Source of the DNA: Cyanobacteria bacterium P01_A01_bin.123
GTDB lineage: Bacteria > Cyanobacteriota > Cyanobacteriia > Phormidesmidales > Phormidesmidaceae
Reading direction: 5' to 3'
Length of the DNA stretch: 64,000 bases
Assembly: GCA_039815185.1 (NCBI GenBank)
Contig: JBCBZT010000024.1
Location: 1 to 64,000 of the forward strand
Shown: positions 9,674 to 17,763 of the stretch, in pieces
Numbering within the stretch: the stretch's first letter is position 1
Layout: each line of letters begins with the position of its first letter
The notes under the pieces: generated by a model
Told to the model about the DNA's origin: nothing
What the model saw: only the letters and a program-made list of their open reading frames with translations
Databases searched by the model: none
Translations under genes and position numbers: made by a program

Positions 9674-10879
9674 TCAGCGATTGGGCGGAACACGAGGCAA
9701 TGACACCGAAAACTGACAGCCCCTTTCGGGCAGGTTCTCTACCCAAATCTGGCCGCCATGGTCAAGGACAATCTTCTTCGCGATCGCGAGGCCTAAGCCC
9801 GTCCCCTCAGGCCGATCAGAATAATAGGGGTCAAAAATTTGGGTCAGCTTAGCTTCATCAATACCTGGCCCTTGATCGCTAACGGTAATCAACACCTCTT
9901 GCTGAAAGCTCTGCCACCGCCAGATCACGCAACCCTGGGGCGGGCTAAAACAGAGGGCATTGTGCAACAAATTATCAAATACCTGGCGAATTTGGCTGCG
10001 ATCGAGGATGAGATAAAGCGCGTTGTCGGGGGTGTTGATGTTAATCGGCTGATCAACCCAAAGCCCCTGAAATGACAGAATACTTTCGGCCAAGATGCTC
10101 TGCAAATCATGGCGTTCGTAGTGCAATTGATGCCCTCGACTACAGCTAATTAACCCCTTAAGTTGGGTTTGGAGTTGTTCCACAGTGGTCTTGATTAATG
10201 TCGTTTGGGTTTGGTGTTCTGCTATCGGCAGTTGGCGATGCAGTGTATTGGCGTACAGCCCAATCAACGCTAAGGGATTGCGAATTTGGTGCTCAACTCG
10301 CTGAAAGGCCTGTTCGAGAAGCTGAATACTGGCTTGACGCTGGGTTTGGCTGCGTTCGTGGGTCAGGTAAGCTTTCAGCCGTGCCCCCTGTTGCTCAATC
10401 AAAGCGCGATCGCAAGCAGTTGGCGTGTCTTCAGTCCACAGCAGCAAATATTCAGAACGCGATCGCGGGTTAAGCCAATAAATCGAGACCATCGAGTCTT
10501 CTGCCATGGGCAATTGGCTAATGGCCCCCACAGATGCGTCTGGCGTTGGCAACATATCTGGGCATCCCCCACCCTCTGTGATGAGCTGTTGGGGAGTTGT
10601 CCTGGATATGAGTTCTGTGGATATTAACTCTGGCATAGCAGTGTCCAACCAGGGCAGGGCAGAAAGCGCTAATGGCTCGGGCATAGCATTGCCTGATCCC
10701 GAACAGCAGACAGACTGTAAGCGATCGCCACTGCAACCTCCAATACTTTCGTAGACAATCCAACCCGCTAAGGCGGAAAGTTGCTGAACTAAATAATTCA
10801 GCTGCAAACTACAGACGTGCTCCACGATGGCGGCAGTCGTAGCGCCTGGAGGGCTCGTCTCTTCGAAGACCTGAGTCAT
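9674..10879 (-). CDS. Cytoplasmic sensor histidine kinase
   Basis: H-box EHQIRNPL, N-box NLLHNA, G boxes DQGPGI and GTGLGL; no clear TM helix. Confidence 0.93.
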   Translation of the reverse strand: MTQVFEETSPPGATTAAIVEHVCSLQLNYLVQQLSALAGWIVYESIGGCSGDRLQSVCCSGSGNAMPEPLALSALPWLDTAMPELISTELISRTTPQQLITEGGGCPDMLPTPDASVGAISQLPMAEDSMVSIYWLNPRSRSEYLLLWTEDTPTACDRALIEQQGARLKAYLTHERSQTQRQASIQLLEQAFQRVEHQIRNPLALIGLYANTLHRQLPIAEHQTQTTLIKTTVEQLQTQLKGLISCSRGHQLHYERHDLQSILAESILSFQGLWVDQPININTPDNALYLILDRSQIRQVFDNLLHNALCFSPPQGCVIWRWQSFQQEVLITVSDQGPGIDEAKLTQIFDPYYSDRPEGTGLGLAIAKKIVLDHGGQIWVENLPERGCQFSVSLPRVPPNR

Positions 10880-11541
10880 GGGGGCTACCTAAATCGGGGC
10901 TGACTTCAAAAGCAGAGCAACATCTACAACTGCGGGAACACTCAAATTTTCAGTCACAGTAACCACCAAAACCCGCTTTGTGTGGTTGTGATGCCACACG
11001 GCTGCTTTGGCGAAGTAGTTCGGCAATACTACTACTCGATGCATTGAGTAATGTGACCAAAGCTGTATTGCAGAACGTGGATAGACTGGGATGGCGTGGG
11101 TGAAATTGCCTTGTTAACTCATTGAGCCGTGTTTACCGTAGAAACAACACCGTAATTCTTCGGAAAAATATCAACTGTTTCTTTAAGGAATGTCAAGGCA
11201 ACTCAAATCTTAAGAAAACTAGAATTTGTTATGACAATGAGTAACAAAACACTGACGAAAAAGCAGGAATCCAGATTATCAGTCTATGCAACTTCTAAAA
11301 AATTCGGCTCTAGCCAACAACAAAGATTTACCACTCTGAACAAAACCTAATCGCGCTCCTTTTAAGGTCAAAATCAGCCAAGCAATCACTGGCAGCTAAA
11401 GTGCTCTAGCAAGACAGTCATTTGCATCAGCCGTGTGTCATTAGTGTCCCAGCAGCTCTATCTCAACGTAACCGAGACTAATCGACAGAGGCATGGGGCA
11501 AACGTCTCATGTGTTATGAGTCCGAAGTCCTAACTTGACCA

Positions 11542-11557
11542 TCAGACTTTAGTCTGA
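11542..11557. promoter_or_regulatory. Perfect 7-2-7 inverted repeat; candidate NarL/LuxR operator
   Basis: TCAGACT-TT-AGTCTGA in the divergent intergenic region. Confidence 0.55.
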
Positions 11558-11680
11558 AGCAGCTTTAGAGCCAAATTCCTGGTGATGACTTTTGGGAGAG
11601 TGTGGGTACCCCTCTCGTCACACTTACTTTGCTTAAAACTCCCTCGGCTGAATCTCCGAAACTTAAGCCAATCTCAAAGT

Positions 11681-11696
11681 TTCGACCAAAGTCTAA
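11681..11696. promoter_or_regulatory. Second, degenerate 7-2-7 box
   Basis: TTCGACC-AA-AGTCTAA, about 60 bp upstream of the CIS operon start codon. Confidence 0.4.
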
Positions 11697-11755
11697 TTCC
11701 GGGGATCGAGCTACCTACATAAGCTGGGCCTACCCGAGCACTGAGTTGAGATTCT

Positions 11756-12370
11756 ATGATTCCGGCGGTCGCCCAGAGTTTAGCCAATCTTCTGGTGTCA
11801 GGCACCTCCATCGATAGTGGGGAGCAAATTGACTTTAGCCACCCCAAGATTCAAAACACGGTTAAGCCGCGGCTTAATCTTTACTTTTATGATCTACGAC
11901 TCAACTCGCAAACTGATCAGTCAGCGCCAGCGCGTTGGCAAAACCTCCCCAGAGAGGAATCGCGTCTGCAATCCTTGACTTCCCACTCATCGGCTGAAGA
12001 TCGACCATTAGTGAACCGCGAGAATGCGCCTGTTGAGACCAACAACAGTTTGATATGGCATGACGTGCGTTTCTTGCTGAGCGCTTGTGATCACACCTCC
12101 CTAGGAGAGCAACAGTTGCTGTCTGAATCTTTGATGCTCTTGCAAACTTATCCGGCCCTACCCGAAGCGCTATTGCCCCCAGTTTTGAAGGGACATGGCG
12201 CTTTGCCATTTTACGTCGGCACTGCGCAGCTTGCCGACACAGTTGCGCTCTGGAATGCGCTGCGAGTCCCCCTGCGCCCAGCCCTTCATCTGACAGTCTC
12301 GGTTCCCTTTAAGGTCAGCGGATTACCGCCGCCTCAGTCGTCGCCTGTTTCTGAACTGTTTCAGCAGTAA
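11756..12370 (+). CDS. DUF4255/Pvc16-family CIS protein (short paralogue)
   Basis: MIPAVAQSLANLL...LNLYFYDLR...EQQLLS...LWNALRVPLRPALHLTVSVP; directly upstream of the sheath gene. Confidence 0.85.
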   Translation: MIPAVAQSLANLLVSGTSIDSGEQIDFSHPKIQNTVKPRLNLYFYDLRLNSQTDQSAPARWQNLPREESRLQSLTSHSSAEDRPLVNRENAPVETNNSLIWHDVRFLLSACDHTSLGEQQLLSESLMLLQTYPALPEALLPPVLKGHGALPFYVGTAQLADTVALWNALRVPLRPALHLTVSVPFKVSGLPPPQSSPVSELFQQ

Positions 12371-12442
12371 TTGCTCAGTGCAACACCTTGTTGTGAGCCA
12401 GCCTACCCGTATTACCCATAGCCCACCGGAGGATTTCGATTT

Positions 12443-14152
12443 ATGGCTTTAGATTATTTTGCACCTGGTGTATATGTCGAAGAAGTTGATCGCGGTAGTC
12501 GTCCAATTGAGGGCGTCAGTCTCAGCGTTGCAGGCTTTGTCGGCTTTACCGAAGACGTCCGTGGTGACGCCGAGTTGTTCAAACCCATACTGGTTACCAA
12601 CTGGGGGCAATATTTAGAATGTTTTGGGAAGCCCGGCTCCGACGGTTATACCGATTTCGACGCTTATCTGCCCTTTGCGGTCAACGGTTGGTTTATGAAC
12701 GGCGGCGGTCGCTGCTGGGTGACTAGCATCGGCACCAAACTGCCGGGTTCACCGCCGCCGCCGCCAGAAGACACCGGCTATAAGCTAGGGACCTCAAACG
12801 GCAAACCCTCCTTACGCTTCAACTTAAAACCCACAGAGGCAGGGGATACACCCGCCTTAGCCCCGGCAGGGGATAGCCGCATTCGGGTGATGGTGCTTGA
12901 AGGGAATCCCAAGCCCTTAGGCGATGATGCTGACGACGATGCTGAGCCCCCGCTGAATACTGGCGAATACTTTTCTGTTGCGGTGATGCAAGGGGATCAA
13001 GAGTTAGAGCGCTACGACAACCTCACCATGAACCCCGAAGCAGAAACCGCTGTGGCTGACTACGTTGTCACCGCCCTGGAAGCCTCGGAATATGTCGATA
13101 TTGCCGATATTTCCGTCTCCGGTCAGGCCCTATCTCGCCGCCCGGCCAATGGCAGCTACGAAGTCGCTCCCCCGCCCTACATTTCTCCAGAATCTCGCTT
13201 TTCCCGCGATCTCTCCGGTCAGCGCGATGAGCGCACAGGTATGCAGGGCTTGTTTGAAATTGACGAAGTCGCCATGATCGCCTGCCCTGATTTAATGCGG
13301 GCTTACCAGGTCGGGTTGCTTGATATCGATCAGGTTCACGGCGTCATGGAAATGATGCTGAGCATGTGCGAAAACTCCTTCCCTGGCCCCGCCTATCGCA
13401 TGGCCGTGATCGATCCACCCCCGGTGAAGCCGGGCAAAGGCATGGATCCCGTCGTGCCAGAAAACCAAAAGCCCCAAGATGTGGCCGCTTGGTTGAGCCT
13501 GTTCAATCGGCGCTCGATGTTTGGAGCCCTGTATTACCCGTGGATCAAAGTCGCCAACCCCCGTAATGGCGGTCGTCCGATCATGGTGCCGCCCTGTGGT
13601 CACATGATGGGGATTTGGTGCCGTACTGATGAATCGCGTGGCGTCTTTAAAGCACCCGCCAATGAAACCCCTAGAGGTGTCATTGGCTTGGCCTACGAAA
13701 CCAACATGCGCGAGCAAGAGCTGCTCAACCCCGTGGGCATCAACTGTATCCGCAACTTTGCCAGCTATAACCGTGGGCTCAAAGTGTGGGGCGCTCGCAC
13801 CTTAGTAGAACCCGACAATGTGCAGTGGCGCTACATCAGCGTTCGCCGCTTGCTCAGCTACATTGAGAAGTCCATTGAAATGGGTACCCAATGGGTTGTC
13901 TTTGAACCCAATGATCAAGACCTCTGGGCACGAGTCAGCCGCACGGTGAGCAACTTCCTTGAGCGGCTGTGGCGAGAAGGCGCACTCTTCGGCGGTTCCC
14001 CAGCAGAATCGTTCTACGTCAAATGCGACGGCGAACTCAACACCCACGACACCATGATGTTGGGGCGCTTGTATGTGGAAGTTGGCGTTTGTCCTGTCCG
14101 TCCGGCAGAATTTGTGATCTTCCGGATTAGCCAGTGGGCACCGAATCAATAG
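12443..14152 (+). CDS. Contractile tail sheath protein (Afp2/3/4-like)
   Basis: YFAPGVYVEEV N-terminus, ALYYPWI, VFKAPAN, VWGARTL, WRYISVRRL, WVVFEPND, PAEFVIFRISQ. Confidence 0.97.
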   Translation: MALDYFAPGVYVEEVDRGSRPIEGVSLSVAGFVGFTEDVRGDAELFKPILVTNWGQYLECFGKPGSDGYTDFDAYLPFAVNGWFMNGGGRCWVTSIGTKLPGSPPPPPEDTGYKLGTSNGKPSLRFNLKPTEAGDTPALAPAGDSRIRVMVLEGNPKPLGDDADDDAEPPLNTGEYFSVAVMQGDQELERYDNLTMNPEAETAVADYVVTALEASEYVDIADISVSGQALSRRPANGSYEVAPPPYISPESRFSRDLSGQRDERTGMQGLFEIDEVAMIACPDLMRAYQVGLLDIDQVHGVMEMMLSMCENSFPGPAYRMAVIDPPPVKPGKGMDPVVPENQKPQDVAAWLSLFNRRSMFGALYYPWIKVANPRNGGRPIMVPPCGHMMGIWCRTDESRGVFKAPANETPRGVIGLAYETNMREQELLNPVGINCIRNFASYNRGLKVWGARTLVEPDNVQWRYISVRRLLSYIEKSIEMGTQWVVFEPNDQDLWARVSRTVSNFLERLWREGALFGGSPAESFYVKCDGELNTHDTMMLGRLYVEVGVCPVRPAEFVIFRISQWAPNQ

Positions 14153-14158
14153 ATAACT

Positions 14159-14194
14159 TGAGGCATAGCAGCACGACAATGCCACTATGCCTCA
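14159..14194 (+). other. Intergenic stem-loop between sheath and first tube gene
   Basis: TGAGGCATAG...CTATGCCTCA, 10-bp stem, no strong U-tract. Confidence 0.55.
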
Positions 14195-14236
14195 CTTTCA
14201 ATCCCCTACACATAAACCTGACTAAGGAGGCCACCC

Positions 14237-14725
14237 ATGGGTGAACTAAATACCCCCCTTGCACCGAGTAGTTTTTACTTAGAGTTTGACGGTTTGACCG
14301 ATTTGCTGTTTAAGAGTGTCACCATTCCTGATTACACACCCAAGCTTCAAGGCGGGGATGGGGCTGTGCTTTCAGGTAAAGGTGGCAAGGCGATGAGCCA
14401 GATCAACTCCGGCGGATTTGAAGGGTTATTTTCCGTTGATTTGGTGTGTATTGCCAGCCCTGAAGCTAAAAGTGCTAGCAAAAAGATGTATGACTGGTTT
14501 GAAAAGTGCATGCCCGCGTCTTTTGGCGGCAAGGGTAAATGGAAGGACAACAAAAAAAACGGGGCGATCACGGCTTATAACAGTGACGATGAGGAAGTGG
14601 CCAAATGGGAAATGACGGAAGCTTGGCCCTCTAAATACAAGTGTGCAGATTTTGATGTCACGTCTGATTCTTACCTGGAAGAGACGTTTACCATCACCTG
14701 CGAAAAATTCAATCGTACGAAGTAA
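14237..14725 (+). CDS. Tail tube protein (T4 gp19-like), paralogue 1
   Basis: FYLEFDG, YDWF, W.MTEAWPSKY, EETFTITCE; AAGGAGG RBS. Confidence 0.88.
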   Translation: MGELNTPLAPSSFYLEFDGLTDLLFKSVTIPDYTPKLQGGDGAVLSGKGGKAMSQINSGGFEGLFSVDLVCIASPEAKSASKKMYDWFEKCMPASFGGKGKWKDNKKNGAITAYNSDDEEVAKWEMTEAWPSKYKCADFDVTSDSYLEETFTITCEKFNRTK

Positions 14726-14743
14726 TTTGAGGAGGCGATCGCG

Positions 14744-15229
14744 GTGGAAGAACTTTTAACCAACTCAAGCTTTTATTTTGAAATTGACGGCATTAGTGAC
14801 CTGGTGATTAAGACGGTCAGCGGGCCTGAAATTGAACTGGAAGTGGCAGGCGGCGATGCTCCGATTGGTTCAACCAAAGGAGGCAAGACTCAAACCCATG
14901 CCACGATTGGCGGGGTAAAGTACAATTCTTCGATTACCCTGACCTTTATCGCTGGGAATGAGGGCGCACAGAAAAAATTAGAAGATTGGTATAGTAAGTG
15001 TCACGCTGAAGCCTATTCTGGCGGCGAAACCGAAAGTCGCAAGAGCCGTAAAACGGGTTCACTGGTGGTGTATGACGGTAATGGTAAAGAAGGGATGCGG
15101 TTTAACTTCACCGATATCTTTCCCAGCACTTTGAAACAGGGTAGTGGTACCTTGGCTATTGACAGCGGCGGCAGCTTATCAGAAGACACCCTAGAGCTAA
15201 AATTTACTCAGGTTATTCGCAAGGAATAA
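14744..15229 (+). CDS. Tail tube protein (gp19-like), paralogue 2
   Basis: FYFEIDG, LEDWY, RKTGSLVVYD, FNFTDIFPS; GGAGG RBS before a GTG start. Confidence 0.85.
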   Translation: MEELLTNSSFYFEIDGISDLVIKTVSGPEIELEVAGGDAPIGSTKGGKTQTHATIGGVKYNSSITLTFIAGNEGAQKKLEDWYSKCHAEAYSGGETESRKSRKTGSLVVYDGNGKEGMRFNFTDIFPSTLKQGSGTLAIDSGGSLSEDTLELKFTQVIRKE

Positions 15230-15232
15230 GCC

Positions 15233-15715
15233 ATGCCTGAATATCCCGAGATTCTGACCCAGTCCCGATTTTATCTAGAGCTGTCGCTTGAAGGCAGTCA
15301 AGATTTTGTGGATGGCTTATTCATGGAATGCAGTGGCTTTCAAGTGAGTCAAGATGTGATTGAGGTCAGTGAGGTGACGTCCCAATATTGGGGCAAATCA
15401 GGCAAAACAAGAGGGCGAGTGGTGAGAACCAAGCTGCCGGGTAATCTGTCCTATACAAACATCACCCTAAAGCGCGGGCTCACCACTTCAAAGACCTTTT
15501 GGGAATGGCTAGATACGGTACAGTCCGGCAATTGGTCAGACCAACGACGGGACGGGTCACTAGTCGTTTACGACCAGGCCTCTGATGAACAGTTTCGGCT
15601 TGAATTTCAGGGGGCTTGGCCGATTAGCTACAAAGTGTCTGATTTAGATGTTAAAAGTGGCGATTTTAATATTGAAGAAGTTGAAATCACGGTTGAAGAG
15701 TTGAAGCGCGTTTAA
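15233..15715 (+). CDS. Tail tube protein (gp19-like), paralogue 3
   Basis: F.ECSGF, TKLPG..SY.NITLKRG, RRDGSLVVYDQ, AWPISYK, IEEVEITVEEL. Confidence 0.93.
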   Translation: MPEYPEILTQSRFYLELSLEGSQDFVDGLFMECSGFQVSQDVIEVSEVTSQYWGKSGKTRGRVVRTKLPGNLSYTNITLKRGLTTSKTFWEWLDTVQSGNWSDQRRDGSLVVYDQASDEQFRLEFQGAWPISYKVSDLDVKSGDFNIEEVEITVEELKRV

Positions 15716-15730
15716 TCGAAAGCAACCACC

Positions 15731-16192
15731 ATGGGGATCAAAATTTCTAATGATTTGGGTTTGAAGCCAACACCCAAGCGGTTGGCAAAACAGCAGGCTG
15801 CTCAAGTTCCGGTGCAGACCCCCATTCAAACTCCCGTTCAAACCCCAATTCAACCTGTGCCTAATCCACCTGAACCCGTGACTGCTTCTGCAGGGGCGTT
15901 ACAACTCGATTTTGCATTCGAGCTCCCTAAGGGATATTTGGACAATGCAGGTTACTTACATCGCCGTGGGGTGATGCGGTTAGCGCGAGCCATGGACGAA
16001 GTAACGCCAATGCGTGATCCCAGGGTGCTGGCAAATCCAGCCTATGCCACGATTATTATTTTGTCTCGGGTTATTACTCAGTTGGGGACGTTGCCAGAGG
16101 TGACGCCAGTAATCGTAGAGCAGTTTTTTGCCTGCGATTTGAACTATCTACAGAACTTCTATCGGCGGATTAATGAATTGGAGGAAGCTTAA
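15731..16192 (+). CDS. Tail assembly chaperone-like CIS protein with Pro-rich N-terminal extension
   Basis: FELPKGYLD..G.LHRRGVMRLARAMDE...NPAY..IIILSRVI.QLG...DLNYLQNFY.RIN; PVQT/PIQT repeats. Confidence 0.8.
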   Translation: MGIKISNDLGLKPTPKRLAKQQAAQVPVQTPIQTPVQTPIQPVPNPPEPVTASAGALQLDFAFELPKGYLDNAGYLHRRGVMRLARAMDEVTPMRDPRVLANPAYATIIILSRVITQLGTLPEVTPVIVEQFFACDLNYLQNFYRRINELEEA

Positions 16193-16194
16193 TA

Positions 16195-16292
16195 GCAGGT
16201 AGAAGTAGTAGGTATAGGTCATAGGCAATAGGGAATGGGCAACAGGGAATAGGGTTAAATCCAAAATCTAGAATCCAAAATCCAAAATCAAG
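16195..16292. repeat. STRR-like heptamer tandem repeats
   Basis: ATAGGTC/ATAGGCA/ATAGGGA/ATGGGCA/ACAGGGA, then AATCCAA/AATCTAG/AATCCAA/AATCCAA. Confidence 0.7.
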
Positions 16293-16296
16293 AAAG

Positions 16297-16677
16297 ATGT
16301 CTTTAATGGGTTTACCGCCGCGAGAATTTGAATTTACGTTGCCTAAGGGATGGCTCGATGGTGCAGGTAATGTGCATCAAACGGGGGTAATGCGGTTGGC
16401 CACAGCGCGGGATGAGTTAATCATGCAGCGCGATCGCAGGTGCCAAGATAACCCGATCTATGGCGATTTGGTGATGTTATCTCGGGTGATTGTGCAGCTG
16501 GGTAATGTAGCAGACCCCACTCCAGAACAGCTTGAAAATTTGTTCACCCAAGATTTGAACTATCTGCGGGCATTTTATAACCAAGTCAATCAACAGGAAA
16601 GCGCCCACGTGCCGACCCAATGCCCCCAATGTCAACATCAGTTTGATGTGGAGTTAGCGCTATCGGGGGAATCTTAG
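16297..16677 (+). CDS. Tail assembly chaperone-like CIS protein (gpG-like, C-terminal CPQC)
   Basis: Paralogue of 15731-16192 (FTLPKGWLD..G.VH..GVMRLATARDE); ends TCG GGG GAA TCT TAG. Confidence 0.85.
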   Translation: MSLMGLPPREFEFTLPKGWLDGAGNVHQTGVMRLATARDELIMQRDRRCQDNPIYGDLVMLSRVIVQLGNVADPTPEQLENLFTQDLNYLRAFYNQVNQQESAHVPTQCPQCQHQFDVELALSGES

Positions 16678-16712
16678 GCTACCCCTCAGATGATCTCTAT
16701 GGGGAGGTAGCC
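16650..16712 (+). promoter_or_regulatory. Candidate -1 programmed ribosomal frameshift signal
   Basis: GGAG at 16650-16653, slippery G GGG GAA at 16665-16671, 5-nt spacer, stem GGCTACC (16677-16683) / GGTAGCC (16706-16712). Confidence 0.7.
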
Positions 16713-16805
16713 ACGATCGCATCGGCATTCCATTGGTCAATGGCGGAGATCATTAGTTTGGAGCACGGGGATCGACGGCGGTGGGCAGAGCGATCGAGGG
16801 GGTGA
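16665..16805 (+). CDS. Start-less -1 frame encoding a DUF6760-like domain (gpT-like frameshift extension)
   Basis: GGILGYPSDDLYGEVATIASAFHWSMAEIISLEHGDRRRWAERSRG*. Frame opens after TGA at 16644-16646 with no ATG/GTG/TTG before 16740. Confidence 0.75.
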   Translation, partial: GGILGYPSDDLYGEVATIASAFHWSMAEIISLEHGDRRRWAERSRG

Positions 16806-16979
16806 GATGGGCTTTGACGTGAGCGCTCAGCCGAACGGGAGTAGGGGAGATGGGGGGATGGGGCGACTAAGCCAGAACGCGGTAGTCGCGATTGATTGAC
16901 CATGAAGCTCAAAATTTAAAGTCTAAAATCCAAAATTCCTGTATTCCTCACGCAAGCACTATTTAGAGATGTCACCCCA

Positions 16980-17216
16980 ATGCCTCAAGATTTTGATCCA
17001 GTTGAACCTAATGCCAGTGTTGTAGCACCCGCAGGCTTTGTCGCACCGGGGGTAATTCAAAGCGATCGCGACTTAGCCGCGATGACGCGGTTAGCAGCGG
17101 AGCTGATTGATGATCCGATTGCGTTGGGGCAGTTCTGCGATCGCGTTTATGAACTGATGCGGGATGACCTGCAACGGCAGCGAGAACGAAGTCAAGGGTA
17201 TGGAAGGCGGTTCTGA
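16980..17216 (+). CDS. Small CIS-associated protein
   Basis: 78 aa, coupled to next gene by TGATG; motif DRVYELMRDDLQRQRERSQGY. Confidence 0.75.
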   Translation: MPQDFDPVEPNASVVAPAGFVAPGVIQSDRDLAAMTRLAAELIDDPIALGQFCDRVYELMRDDLQRQRERSQGYGRRF

Positions 17217-17755
17217 TGAGCAAGAACGGGGTGGTAACCCATGAACTCAACTACATCACCACAAATCGGTTTTATGTGGAAATTGAAAGCCAAATCTCTG
17301 CCTCGTTCACCGAATGTGATGGGTTGGGGGTGCAAATCAAAAAAGAGACGATTTCTGAAGGGGGCGTCAACGAACAGCAGCGGATTTTGTTGGGTCAAGC
17401 AGAATTTAGCGATGTCACCCTAAGGCGGGGTATGAGTGATGACAAGGTGTTTTGGGAGTGGATTTCGGCGATGTTGGAAAGCCGTAGTGCCAACACGTCG
17501 ATTAAAGACCACCGCCGGAACGTCAATATTTTGGTCTTCAACCAAGCGGGCGAAACGATGCAGTGTTGGACGCTGATTGGAGCAGTGCCCATTGGGTGGA
17601 AGGCACCGTCATTGCAGGCTGATTCGTCTTCCGTTGCGATTGAGGAACTGACCCTGGCCTATGAAGGGCTGAGCGTTGCCTTTAAGTCTGGGGGTGGGGG
17701 TGCGTCCATATTAAATGGCCGTGATTCGTCAACAGGTTATTTTGCAAGCAAGTAG
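17216..17755 (+). CDS. Tail tube protein (gp19/Afp5-like), paralogue 4
   Basis: F.ECDGL, EGGVN, DVTLRRG, FWEW, W.LIGAVPIGWKAP.L, VAIEELTLAYEGL. Confidence 0.93.
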   Translation: MSKNGVVTHELNYITTNRFYVEIESQISASFTECDGLGVQIKKETISEGGVNEQQRILLGQAEFSDVTLRRGMSDDKVFWEWISAMLESRSANTSIKDHRRNVNILVFNQAGETMQCWTLIGAVPIGWKAPSLQADSSSVAIEELTLAYEGLSVAFKSGGGGASILNGRDSSTGYFASK

Positions 17756-17763
17756 ACTGTCCG

